This document shows positions 26,414-38,595 of a stretch of 64,000 bases of DNA, piece by piece; the stretch's first letter is position 1, and every line of letters begins with the position of its first letter. The stretch is from NCBI GenBank assembly GCA_949358305.1, contig OX442314.1, positions 16,306,001 to 16,370,000 on the forward strand. Reading direction: 5' to 3'. Position numbers and translations under genes: made by a program. This DNA is from Strigamia acuminata. Lineage: Eukaryota. The notes beneath the pieces are model-generated. The model had not been told where the DNA came from. It did no database searches and saw only the letters and a list, made by a program, of their open reading frames with translations.

Positions 26414-28667
26414 ATGCTTTTACTTTATTTTAATGTTTGTGTTTTGCTGCTCAACTGCTTAAAGGGTTCAGTCGCTGTTCAAAAATGGAAAAGCAATAAG
26501 GAATATGATTTTATAGTTGGTAAGTGCAAATAGAAAAGAAAAATACTGCTAAAAAGTTAACTAAATTCAATTACTTTTTCAGTTGGTGCTGGTGCATCCG
26601 GAGGACCTTTAGCATCGCGATTATCCGAAGATAAAAACTACAATGTTTTGCTACTGGAAGCAGGAGGAGAACCGCAGTTTTTCAATACAATTCCTTACTT
26701 TGCTCCAGGCCCATTCGGAGGGGACTTGGACTGGAATTACGAAACAGATTCGCAAAAAAGCGCTTGCTTTGCGTTCAAAAATGAAAAGTGGGCTTGGCCT
26801 CGAGGCAAGGGATTAGGGGGTTCGACCCTCATAAATGCTTTAATTTATAATCGGGCTGATCCAAACGATTATGACAGTTGGGAAGAGTTAGGAAATGATG
26901 GATGGGGATACGATGATGTTTTACCTTATTTTAAAAAATTGGAAGATTTTAAAGGATTTGTCAACAAGGAAAACGGCAAGACAATAATTTTATGTATTTT
27001 TTTAAGTAGTTATTTAATGTTTTAACGTTACAGAAGAATATCATGGGTTTGGTGGTCCCATACCTGCAGCACGGCCACCTTTTGAAACCGAATTGGCGCG
27101 AGTCATTATGGAAGGAGGGCAAGAATTGGGCTATTCCGAAGTTGATTACAATGCAAAGTCAATGAAAGGTAAAAATAGAAATAAATTACCGGTAAAAACA
27201 TTTATTTTAATTTTATTTTAACGTTTTTTTTTTTTAGGGTTTGCAAATCCTGTGTTCACTCTAAAAAATGGAACTAGATTCGCAGTATATGACGGATATA
27301 TAAAAGAAGCGAGAAAAAGAAGAAATTTAGACGTTGTAACTGGTGCCTTAGTGGAAAAAGTAGCATTATTTTGATATTGGCTTATCAATTACCAAAGGCA
27401 AATCTGAAATGTATTCTTTTAGGTTGAATTTGATGGTGATGCTGCTGTTGGTGTCGTGTTTTTGCATGATGGACAAACGTGGAGTGTAAAAGCAAAAAAA
27501 GAAATTATTTTGTCAGCCGGAGCTGTGAATACGCCTAAAATTCTTATGCTCTCCGGTATCGGTCCGGAAGAAACACTTAGCAAATATGAAGTAAATAAAA
27601 CATTAGAAATGTGTCTTAAAAATAACAAAGTTTTGAAATATAGCCTATTTTTTGTGTAGATTCCGGTAATCAAGCATTTACCTGGTGTAGGTCAGAATCT
27701 GCAAGATCACATCGCTGTTGTAAGCACTCAAATTGGCCTGAATGAAGAAGTAGGATTTAAATTCACCAAAGACATCGATGCGTCAAATTTTGAAAAATGG
27801 GAAGAGAAACGAGAAGGTCCACTAACAGTGCCGCTTGGCGCTGAAGGTATCGCTTTTATCGATAGTGAATATTCGGACAAAAGCAAAAATTGGCCAGATT
27901 TGGAAATCCTCTTTTTCCAGAAACCATTTCTGCTTAACAGGAAAGAGGTAGTCTATATAAATATAAAAGAATTTAACTAATCTCATTTTCTAATAGGAAC
28001 ATCAGTTAGAAATGATTGCTCCCATTGGAAAAAATATTTTATTCACTCTCGTAATTGCATTAAGACCAAAAAGCGTTGGCTACATTACGATTCAAGGCAA
28101 AAGTGTGCACGATTTGCCATCATTTCAACCGCAGTATTTAAGCAATAAAGACGATGTTGACACTTTAGTTTCTGGTAAAACGTTTGCTACTAAATTTAAA
28201 ATAAACCACTTATCGCTAAAATCTAATTTTCAGGTGTTAAAATATTTCTTAATTTGACTAAAACTAAAGCATTCCAAAAGTATGAAGCATATTGGGACCA
28301 CGAAAAACCCACAAAGGGTTGCGAACAGTATAAATTCTTATCGGATGAATATTTACAGTGTGACATTAGACATCACACTATAGGTGTATTTCATCAATGC
28401 TGTACAGCTAAAATGGGTCCCGAGAATGACCCGATGGCTGTCGTTGATTCTAAACTGAGGTAACATAATTGTGTTTTATGACACGAAAAAAATTAAACAA
28501 AAATAATTAATTACAGAGTTCATGGAGTTAAGAAGTTGAGAGTAGTCGATATGTCTGTAACTCCAAATGTTCCATCGGGCCATACTATGGTTCCTTCGAT
28601 AATGATAGGAGAAAAAGCGGCTGACATAATTAAAGCGTATTGGGCCGAAAACCACGATGAATTGTAA
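26414..28667 (+). CDS. GMC oxidoreductase, copy 4, signal peptide, C-terminus NHDEL
   Basis: Same motif series; GC-AG intron 26976-27033; ends GCC GAA AAC CAC GAT GAA TTG TAA. Confidence 0.93.
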
Positions 28668-29201
28668 TGAGATACAATCAATAATAACAACCTGCAACGG
28701 TTTATACAATACTGTTTTAATACAACTTTCACAATTTTTTTGTCATTTATAAAATCGACAATTACGTAACACAAAGGTAGAATTAAAATAATTTTTAAAA
28801 TGGATGTGTTTAAAATCAAATATTTTCACAACACAGAACATATATTCACAAAATAGAAGCGTTAAATTTACAGACAATAAAAATTACACAAAAAAAAGAA
28901 AAGAAAAATAATAACCAATAGGTTTACATAATTTTCTATTCACTGAACCCATAATCCTCTAATCTAAGGCCACAATTGTGAGGTAAAAAATGGATTCTTG
29001 AGCAGAGGCACATAAAGTTTGTAATGCAAAAAAAAAACCGTACCGGAATCGATTTAATAATAATAATAATAAACTTGGCATTAAATGGAGGATTTCCAAA
29101 TTCAGTGACGTTCTGTATAAAAACAAAAATCACAGATAATTACACTAACAAAATTGGCAAAATTGTAAATACACATCATTATTCATTATTCAAATTAATT
29201 T

Positions 29202-31527
29202 CTATCGTAAAAACGGACTGTGCCGTAAATCAATCGGCCTCGAATGGCCTAAACTTGGCTGACTTAGAGAAGGAAGAGTCCCTGTGGCCCGCTGCCTGGG
29301 AACCCGTATAACTTTGGTATGATTATCACTAGCATGAATAAGCGATTTATTCTGCTTATCGAACCATTCCAGCTTTTGTTTCTCTTCTCTCCTCCTCCTG
29401 CGATCCACATACGTGATCAAACAACTGCCTGGAATCCACACAACTATAGAAATGACAATGACAGTTCCTACGATATTATCATTCAAGAATTTAATAACAG
29501 AATTTATATTAATGTCTTCAATTAGGTCCCAGATTCGTTCTACGATATCCTGAACCCGCTTCACGCAAACACCGTTGTTGCAGAACCCGTGAATGCAAAG
29601 TGTACCGTCGCCAAGAGTATCATTCTTGTCGAACACGTAGCACGTCGAATTCAAAGTCAACCTGCAACATCTCCGGCAGGCGTCCGCGATGTTGTCGCAC
29701 ATGCACGAAAAGCGTCCTTTGGTTTCGCAGAAAGGTAAACATTCTCCTTTATTGCACAAACCCCTGTCGACGCACGGCGTATCGTCGTCTTCGTGCGCCG
29801 CTTTCGGGCATTCTGCCATGTTACCGGTACAATGGGTTTCCTTATCACAGGTGTTGTTATTCGCATCGCGGCATTTGACGCCGATCGGCGAATAATTGCA
29901 GCCGCGACAACACGGCGAATTTTTATCACTGCACTTGGAATGTCTCTTCAACGAACAATTTCTGTGGCAACAAAGATCTTCCATGCCCGCGCTCAGCAAA
30001 CCGACGTCGCACTCTTCGCCGCTTTCCACTCTCGAATTCCCGCAGAATGATTCCTGGGGTTCCTTGAAACATTTGTGCGATTTGGCCAGTAAAACCGCTC
30101 GGATCGAACGTAAACTGCACGGGGAAAATTTCTTGTTGTTGTTGTCGTACCCGCTCACACTGTACGTGTACATGAGGTAGGAACCACCACGACTGGAATC
30201 CGGAGAGCAGTCCGAATTGTCGGGATCGTGTTCGCTGCCCCAGTTGTGACCGAATTCGTGGGCTGTGACTAAATCCGCTTCGCGAGTAATCACTCGTTGC
30301 CCATAATGATTTCTCGAACTGCTTAATCCCGAGTTTAAGTACAAAGTCAATCCGTTTTTGAAGTATTCCGGGGTACAGATACCCCCTACGGAATTACTTC
30401 GCGACGAACCGACGTACGCGAGTCCTAAAATTCCACCTTCGAATTTAATATCGGTAAACAAATGCGCTAAACAGAACCGTCGATGTTTGGATTCACGGCT
30501 GAAAACTTCGAGCAAATCACGCACGTCCCAATTATTCTTATCCATATTGTAATGCTGCTGACCGGCCCGAACAGGTGTCGATTCATTGTGAATTATAATT
30601 TCTTCGATGACGAAACCCAATCCTTTAAACCCTTTATTCCGCGCATGATCTTTCCATTCGGTGTCGTGATAAATTTTGTGTACACGATCGATCAGACTAA
30701 TCTAAAGAAAAAGAAGAAAAAGGTTTAATAAGTGAGCACGTAAATAAATAAATAAACAAATAAATAATTAAATTAAATGAATTAAATAAATAGATGAAAT
30801 AATTTACTAAAAAATTAATGGTGCTTTTTTTTCTGCTACCACCCATGCTCTGGTAGAAGCGATAATCAGCGACCAATAAAAGAGGGCATCGTGTACGTGA
30901 GGAATCAAATGTGTTCGCATCAGATTGCCTTTTTTCACGCATAAGCTCTTCGTCAGTTCGATCTTCTCGTGACACGTTATTGCTTTCCACTTTGATGTAC
31001 CCACAAGTGCGTTTATGGACATCTTCCTCTTCGTTTAGCGTCAAATCCGAAGTTTTATACGCGATCATCGAGATGTTGTCGTCCAGGTGCCTCCATGCTG
31101 GTTCTATCACGTAAATATCATCTTGTGACTGGATCGAAGCTGTCAGTAAGCCGTCTTCGTAATGAACAGATGCGTGAGAATTTTTTTCACCAAATATCCG
31201 ACCTTCGTAAAACGTTTCGTGGTCAATTGATAAATATTCTTTTTTCCCGACCCCGTCGACCGAATACGCTTGAAATTTCGACGACAGAACTGATGTGCCC
31301 GGTGTCAGCATTAATCGGAAATCCCGGCCGAGTACTTTGAATGATAATTGCTTGACGGTGTTGAATTTGTTCGGGCTTGGGTTTATTCCTCGTTTGACGA
31401 TTGTGTGAGTTAAAGACGATGGATGCAGTGTCTCGAAATAGCGCAGGGATTTCAATGAGGCGTCGATGAAGCAGTTAATTTTCCCGCATAATAAGAATAG
31501 TATCAACTGTCTAACGTTAATACGCAT
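29202..31527 (-). CDS. ADAM17: ADAM17-like protease (TACE)
   Basis: Signal peptide, prodomain with cysteine switch RTCGYIK, furin site REKR, zinc motif [12 protein letters not shown], Met-turn YLMY, disintegrin and Cys-rich domains, TM helix; one intron 30702-30807 joins the two ORFs in frame ([12 protein letters not shown]). Confidence 0.96.
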
Positions 31528-31763
31528 GATTACGTTGATGAATTAATCAATTATTATTGAAATTATCATTTAAAACTGCTGGATAAGTGGCCACACCTAC
31601 CCACCGCGGCGACATCGTTAAGGATTTGTTCTTATTTTAGAGCATGTTTGTTTACAATTTGTTCGCGCTTTAGAAGCCACTTCCTGTGTTGCTGAAACGA
31701 AACCGATTTAGAGAGAAACCTGGGACAGGTTTGTTTGTGTCGATTTAAAAGTTAATAGTTGTG

Positions 31764-34700
31764 ATGGAACAGAGTCATGGCAAAGACCAGAAAAAGTAAG
31801 AAACGTAGGAAAGAAAGTAAGATTAAAATCAAGCGTAAGCGACGGCGCCATAGACATAAAGAGAGGAAAAGTCAGACGAATAGTCGTACGTAAGTGAATT
31901 GAACAACATATGTGGCCGTTGGTATAAAAATTGCATTTCCTAGCTTTCTCATTGAATAATATCACAAATAAAAGCTTGATTTTGATTGCATTTGATTTAC
32001 GATCATTTTGTATTACGTAATCAGAAGTGGGCAAAGTTTAATCAAGGTTTAAGTTGATTCAATTTGTAGACTCTGTCGGCAGAGATCAGTACTTTGCAGC
32101 TCCCATTTTTCTTTTTCAATCTAACCCTTTTTTGACCAGAATGCCAGAAAACAAGGTATTAAATGTTTATTTATGTCGTTCGTTGGCACGAGATGTGGTC
32201 ACGTTACTTTCATGTGGTTATAAAAAAAAGGTTCATCGCGTAGGTCAAATAAATGAGGAAAGAACCTAAATTTAGAAAAGTCGTAATCTAGTCACGTGCC
32301 AAGCATGGTCTAGCCAGCTAGCAAACCTATACCGAGGTTGCAGTCAAGGTACTACTTCTAATCGTTAGGTAAGATTATGCATTGATTCAAGATCAAGGTG
32401 TGTGAGGAGATTGCAATTTTAAAATAATTTGATTTGGTATAAAATCTATCACCTGACATGATATTTTGTTATCATTATTATTATTATTATACAAGCTGCC
32501 TTGAAATTATTATTTTTGTTGCATCATAGCGATATGTGCTATTTTATTACTTGGTTTCGAGTTAAAAAGAAAAATGATATGTGTTATGTTTACAAATGAA
32601 CTCTCATTGATTAAAATTATTTGTAATAACAGAAATGCCATTTTGTTTTTCTTATTTAAAAAGCAGACAAAAATCTATGAACAGCTGCTAGAAACCAGTA
32701 GCCAATGGGAGTAGGGTGTAAAAATTGTAAACAAACGTAAACATTTTCTAGCGTGCAAACATTGGACATTACACTTTCATCATTGAAAGATAACGAACTG
32801 TTTTGACATTTATTCCCGGTATTACATTTCATATATTTTCTTATTCAGTCGCAAAAAAATTCCGTTTGCTTGGAAAATAACTAACCCGAATAATTTATTT
32901 CTCTCAGATTACCTGACCCAAAGATGAGTCAACTCAGACAAATGTGTGCGCCTCATAATCCAAACGCATGGAGACTTCCTTTGATGTTGAATCGTGGAGC
33001 GAAACCAAATTACTCGTATAACCAATACTTCATCCCATCATGGCCAATAACTCCTCCCCACGAATGGTGGCACTGCGTAAGACCAACCGTCCAACAAATC
33101 GGAGAGCATAATTTCCTACCGGTCGGCAACACGAATCATTTCGACAAATTGTCCACTTCGCAGGAGGCTTTGACCGTTCCCACACCAGCAGCATCAAAAA
33201 TGAACGTAATGCCTAGATTTACGTATTATCCGTATCCGTTTATGGCTCCTGTTGCGTCTCCCGTCTTTTCAATGGGATTTCACACCGATGCGGCAAATTA
33301 CGCGGAATTAAACGTCGATCGTGCGACGGATATTGTCCCTGCAATAAATTATCAAAGCACTGGTTAGGACGCAATGTTTTTTATGATGTATTTTGTTTTA
33401 ACATTTGTTGTTTTGCAGATTACCATGCTCAGACATTGAATTATCTCCGTCGATGGGAGCCGATTGCAATGGATCGGTCGTCGTTCGAAGGCCAGGAATT
33501 CACCGTCATGTCGTACAATGTTTTGGCGCAACAACTCTTAGAAGGCAATGTCAGCCTGTATACTCATTGCAACAAGCAAATTTTATCCTGGGACTATCGA
33601 AAACAAAGATTATTAACTGAATTACAAAATTCTAACGCTGATGTTCGTTGAAATAATTATTTCGTTTTTGCTGATTGGCTTTTAATCAGCGATATTTTTT
33701 ACTGCGTTTAGATTTTATGCTTACAAGAGGTTCAGGAAGATCATTATCACGAGTTTTTTCAGCCGAACATGAAGCGATTAGGTAAAAATTGCGAAATTCC
33801 AAGAATTAAAATAGGAGAATAAATAAATTTTTTGTTTAAAGGTTACGATGGCATTTACAAAAAGCGAACTGGCGATAAATTTGATGGTTGTGCTATTTTT
33901 TACAAGGAATCTGCTTTTTCCCTCGACAAGTGGCAAGCCGTAGAGTTTAAAAAACCACATGTGACGTTGTTAGATCGTGATAATGTAGCCATAGTTGCAC
34001 TTTTTCGACCCAAAAATGATTTATCCGGCAACCAACGTGTGTGCATTGCCACCACTCATTTGTTATTTAATCCCAAACGCGGTGATATTAAATTAGCGCA
34101 ACTCCAGTTGATGTTTGCCGAAGTCGACAAGATGGCGAAACGACGGAGCAGCGGCTGCGAAGGCGGCGGCAGCAAACACTTTCCAGTAATCGTGTGCGGG
34201 GACCTGAATAGCGAACCGCACTGCCAAATCTATAAATTTCTGCACACGGGCAAAATTCACTACGAAGGACTCCCCGTTGCAACTATGTCAGGACAAACCC
34301 GTAGCATGAGCTACTGGAATCAAAAATATCTTTCGTTTGAATTGCTACCTCCCAGTTTAGGAGTGACGGATTATTGCAAATATGCTAACGACCAAACTGC
34401 GCAGTCGGATTGTGCGGCTGGTAGTGAATCGACCACAGTATTAACCGACCGAGAAAAAAGCACTTATTCCAGTGGGTTTATGGCTCATCAGTTGAATTTG
34501 GTGTCGGTTTACGACCACGTGTCCAAACGGAGGCCCGGGAACCGAGAGATCACCACCCAACACACAAAAGCTAGTTGTACCGTCGACTATATATTTTATT
34601 CTATAAAGAAAAAAAATTGTAATTTCTCTTACGGGACTATTAATCGCCACAACGTCAAAGAAGAGAGCTTGAAACTGTTAGCAACCTATTCGTTATTGTG

Positions 34701-34794
34701 CGATGATGAGATTGTGAGTTTGGGTGGGTTACCCAATTGTACTTCCCCTTCTGATCACATCCCATTGATGGCTAAGTTTGTGATCACCAGTTAA
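31764..34794 (+). CDS. angel: Protein angel homolog (CCR4/nocturnin-related EEP family 2',3'-cyclic phosphatase)
   Basis: FTVMSYNVLAQ, ILCLQEV, KKRTGDKFDGCAIF, LLDRDNVA, THLLFNPKRGDIKLAQL, CGDLNS, TVDYIFYS, PSDH. A short first exon (ATG 31764, donor 31796) splices in frame to the acceptor at 32909; this 5' exon is less certain than the core 32924-34794. Confidence 0.88.
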
Positions 34795-34903
34795 TGGTGG
34801 AAGGTTGTCATTTTTGTTTTAAACGAAAGCACGGTATCAAAAATTAAAGGTAAATTTTATTCCATCATTAACTTAACATGACATCATTTTACGAAACAAT
34901 ATT

Positions 34904-35827
34904 TTATTTCTTTGGCTGCGTTTCACTATTTATCCTCAATCTTTCCAGTTGCGTATCAATATCTAATTCTCTGTAAAATGAAAAAAAAATGTCGGTAAAT
35001 TCGTTTGTAAAATGCTCAATTCAATGATAACAAACTTGGCTAATGTCTCCCTCTCTGTTAGAAATTTCTTGTTTTTTTCCTGAACACGTTTGGATTTTTC
35101 GTTTAAAATTCCTCGGCCAAATCTGAAAAATGTAACTCAATAAAGCATCTCTTAAAACGATTCGCGTAGAAATTTGTTATTGTACCGCAGTGAATAAAAT
35201 TGCAGCATCGTGCCGAGCAACATGAATACGATGCAAGCTGATGCAATCCATTTATTCGGCACGCGCTTTACACCTTTGATACCGTAATAAGGTTTGCCTT
35301 CGTAGTGTTTGTCTTTGGATCGGTCACGGAATTCCCACATTGTTTTGTCTTGCCAGCCACTGAAAAATACGGGTAATTAATTAATCAATATTGTTCGTGT
35401 TGTTTGACTCACCGTGGATGATTTGTGTAAACCGAATGCACATTTTTATTGCCATATTTCAAACGGTTGTCATAAATTATTCTAGATTGAGTTTTACTTA
35501 AAGTTGCGTACGCCTCTTTGAGTTTTATAAACTCGGCGTGGCTGGCTGGATCGTTTGGACGTTTGTCTGGATGAAGCTTTAAGTTTATTTTAAAATTTTT
35601 GTTTTATATAAACAAATAAGTGGGTATACCTGTTTGGAAAGTTTCAGAAATGAATCTTTTATTTCCTTATTTGAGGCATTTTTGGCGACTTTTAGAGTTT
35701 CATAATGATTTGTTGAATACCATCTGAAAATTAATAATAAAATTTTAGAAACTGATAACTCATTATTTCATTGCTACAATTATTTCTCGAACCTCGCGCA
35801 TCTAGTAAGTGGTCTTATTACAGCCAT
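34904..35827 (-). CDS. DnaJ subfamily C member 4-like (DnaJ-60-like) J-domain protein, paralogue 1
   Basis: NHYETLKV...EIKDSFLKLSKQ|LHPDKRP...EAYATLS...YD J-domain, then YYGIKGVKRVPNKWI and a TM helix; basic N-terminal leader. Confidence 0.85.
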
Positions 35828-36270
35828 TTCGAAATATCATTTTATCGGAGTTTATAAAAATTTACTGACAGTTTTATACACCGGCATTTAAAATGGAAAA
35901 AACCTAACTAACTAAAGTTCCAAGACATCACTTTTCCCGCTGGAAAAAACCGTATCTTAAAAATAGTAGTCCTGTCTTTAAATCAGTGGATTACGACTCC
36001 GCTAGCCGAAAATATAGTTTCTATTTAGTCCAAGAATAACAACACTCAAATTGGAAATTGCTCAATTGCTCAAACATATTTTCGGTGTATTATATCTAGT
36101 AAGCCTGAATAAATTGTGGAATAAACATTTTCAAGTACAATTTAAGTATTGAACTGCAGACGACGAAACATTGCTGATTTACATTGTACAAATACAAAAC
36201 AAAGTCTGTCATTTCCGGTTGTCTGTTTCCGGTTCTGCCTGTTTCCAAGGCGACGCTAATCGGAATAAAA

Positions 36271-38551
36271 ATGGCTGCTGCCAAGTGCGAAAGAAACGTG
36301 GCGGGGAATTTATCTGAAGAAAATCCCAATAAAAAAGTAAAACTCAATAAGGATGAAGGTATAATTTACATTTAATTTTTTTTTTGAATTTGAACGAATA
36401 CACAATTAATTTATGTCTGATAGAAACGGAAATGATACCCGTTCTTGCGGACGAGTACACCAACAACTGTAACCTCGTTTCAGTTTACGTAGCTGAGATA
36501 ATGGAAAAAAGAGAAACGTCAAAAATTGTACAGTAAGTTTTTTTCCAAAACAAAGACTATTAAATTAAAAATAATAATAGGTATAATTTTACTTTACTGG
36601 CCACCTCTCAGATCATCCCCAAAATATGGATTTAGGGGTATTGAAGGGTGAAAAAACAAATGGCGTTGACGGTTTTTGGGGCAAACGAAAGCGGAAGCGA
36701 AAATCAAGAGTTTATTAGTAGTTTGTTTATACTGGTGAGGTTAGGTTAAGCATTGGAATTATATGGCCCATTGTTGTTGTTGTCCTTTATGTTGTTGTTG
36801 TGTCGTGGGTTAGGTTAGGTTAGGTGAGGTTAGGTTAGGTTAGGTTAGGTTAGGTGAGGTTAGGTTAGGTGAGGTGAGGTTAGGTTAGGTGAGGTTAGGT
36901 TAGGTGAGGTTAGGTTAGGTGAGGTTAGGTTAGGTGAGGTTAAAACTAGGGGCGTGGTTTCTAGTAGATTAGGTGACCCCAAAACGAAGGTAGAAAAACG
37001 AGGGTACAAACCTGGGATAAAATGGAAACCTCTTTTAAGTGTATGGATGATGAAACTGAACAAATCGTGTAAAATCAGGTGGAAAACTGGTATAAAAATA
37101 AAGATGGCTGACAATAAGAGCGCACGTGCGTAACAATGCTGGGGAGAGATTGACTGACAGCTAACAATGAAATTAGGGTTATAAAAATGAGAAAGTAAAC
37201 ATTTGATGGCCATCACTGGTCGTTAATCTGCTGTTTTCCGCTGCTGTTTTCCGCTTCCGCTTCCGTTTGCCCCAAAAACCGTCAACGCCATTCGTTTTTT
37301 CACCCTAGAATACCCCTATATCCAAATTTTGGAGATGATCTGAGAGGTGGCCAGTAAAGTAAAATTGTTCCTAATAATAATTTCTGTATATCTGTAGAAG
37401 ACTTCAAGATTTATATCCATTACAGGACTTACAACATTTAAAGAGAGTTAAATGTCATCAAGGTATTTCCGAATTTATCTTAAAATTTTGCAAATTTAAT
37501 AAGTTTTACATTTAATTTGCACCAAGGTTCTCTTCAAATCATCATATGTACGTTACAAGATGCAAAGATGAGAAATCTGGATCAAGCTGAAAAGTTAGAC
37601 ATAAAATCATTGTTACCTGATGATATTAATGGTTTGAGTCATCACGTGACAGAACAGAAAGTGCCCGAATCCGTCCCACTAACTCGAGCACAATATGAGT
37701 TTGGAGTCCAATTCTGGCCTCAACAATTCCACGAAAATAAACAGTAGGAAAATGTATTATTTGTTTGACTTTTCTCTTCGAGACTAAACTTCTTTCTTGC
37801 AGTATATCAAGGTTATTAAATGGCACTTTATTTACACCAGACGAATCAAAGTTGCACATTTATTTTATGGAACAAGCTATTAAAAAAGCTAAAAGAACTT
37901 CGGATAAAGGTGTAAGTCACACACTAGTATAATATTTTTTTTTTTAATTAAAAATTAAATTTTTTTATTTGTGTTAGGTCATGGTTGGTGCAGTTATTGT
38001 GGACCCACAACTGCGGAGAATAATTGGTGCAGGTTTTGACTGCAGATGTCGTCATCCACTCCAGCACGCAGCCATGGTTGCAATTGACGAAGTAGCCGCG
38101 GCACAAGGTGGTGGCTGTTGGAAATTAAATGGTATCATAAAAAAAAATGCTCGATTTTTTTAAGATGTAAAAGGAAATTAAACGAACTTTTGCAATTACA
38201 GAGGAAAAAATTGAGCCAGAAATTAACGTTTCTCAAAATCCATCCGATAAAATTCCATATTTGTGTACAAACTTTGATTTGTACGTCACACGAGAACCTT
38301 GTCTAATGTAAGTTTTTAATATTATTTGAATATGATTTTTATTTAAATGTTGATATGTACACAGGTGTTCCATGGCGTTGATTCACTCCCGAATACGACG
38401 AGTTTTTTATGGCTGTTCGCAGAAAAACGGTTGTTTAGGAACATTAACGAAACTACACGTCGAACGCAATTTGAATCATCATTTTGAAGCATTCAAAGGT
38501 CTGTTACACACGAAATGCAAACAATTGGAACATTCAGTTTCTCATTTTTAA
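36271..38551 (+). CDS. ADAT3: tRNA-specific adenosine deaminase, non-catalytic subunit 3
   Basis: LQHLKRV, PLTRAQY...FWPQQFHE, GAVIVDP, HPLQHAAMVAID (pseudo-active site lacking the catalytic Glu), [41 protein letters not shown]. Confidence 0.93.
36580..37371. mobile_element. Non-autonomous DNA transposon (792 bp) with long TIRs and 8-bp TSD, Merlin-like ends, in ADAT3 intron 2
   Basis: About 125-bp imperfect TIRs (GGTATAATTTTACTTTACTGGCCACCTCTCAGATCATC... vs ...GATGATCTGAGAGGTGGCCAGTAAAGTAAAATTGTTCC); TAATAATA directly repeated at 36572-36579 and 37372-37379; termini GG...CC. Confidence 0.9.
36810..36939 (+). repeat. Telomere-type pentamer array, 26 units (18 TTAGG + 8 TGAGG by manual count)
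   Basis: Read directly from the sequence; TTAGG is the ancestral arthropod telomere repeat; lies inside the TIR element. Confidence 0.95.
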
Positions 38552-38595
38552 TACTGGTGGATATATTTTTTTACAATATTTTATTTTTATCAAAA

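Noticed and set aside
29319..31340. Multiple overlapping and antisense ORFs over ADAM17 (and similarly over ELMO and the GPCR)
   Set aside because: Expected shadow ORFs of GC-richer long exons; no recognisable motifs.
36810..36939. Possible CRISPR array or true chromosome end
   Set aside because: Pentamer repeat without spacers, in eukaryotic DNA, internal to a TIR element and flanked by exons of one gene.
36860..37216. 118-aa ORF ending in LTSPN repeats
   Set aside because: Translation of the antisense strand of the TTAGG/TGAGG array inside an intronic TIR element; no other sign of coding.
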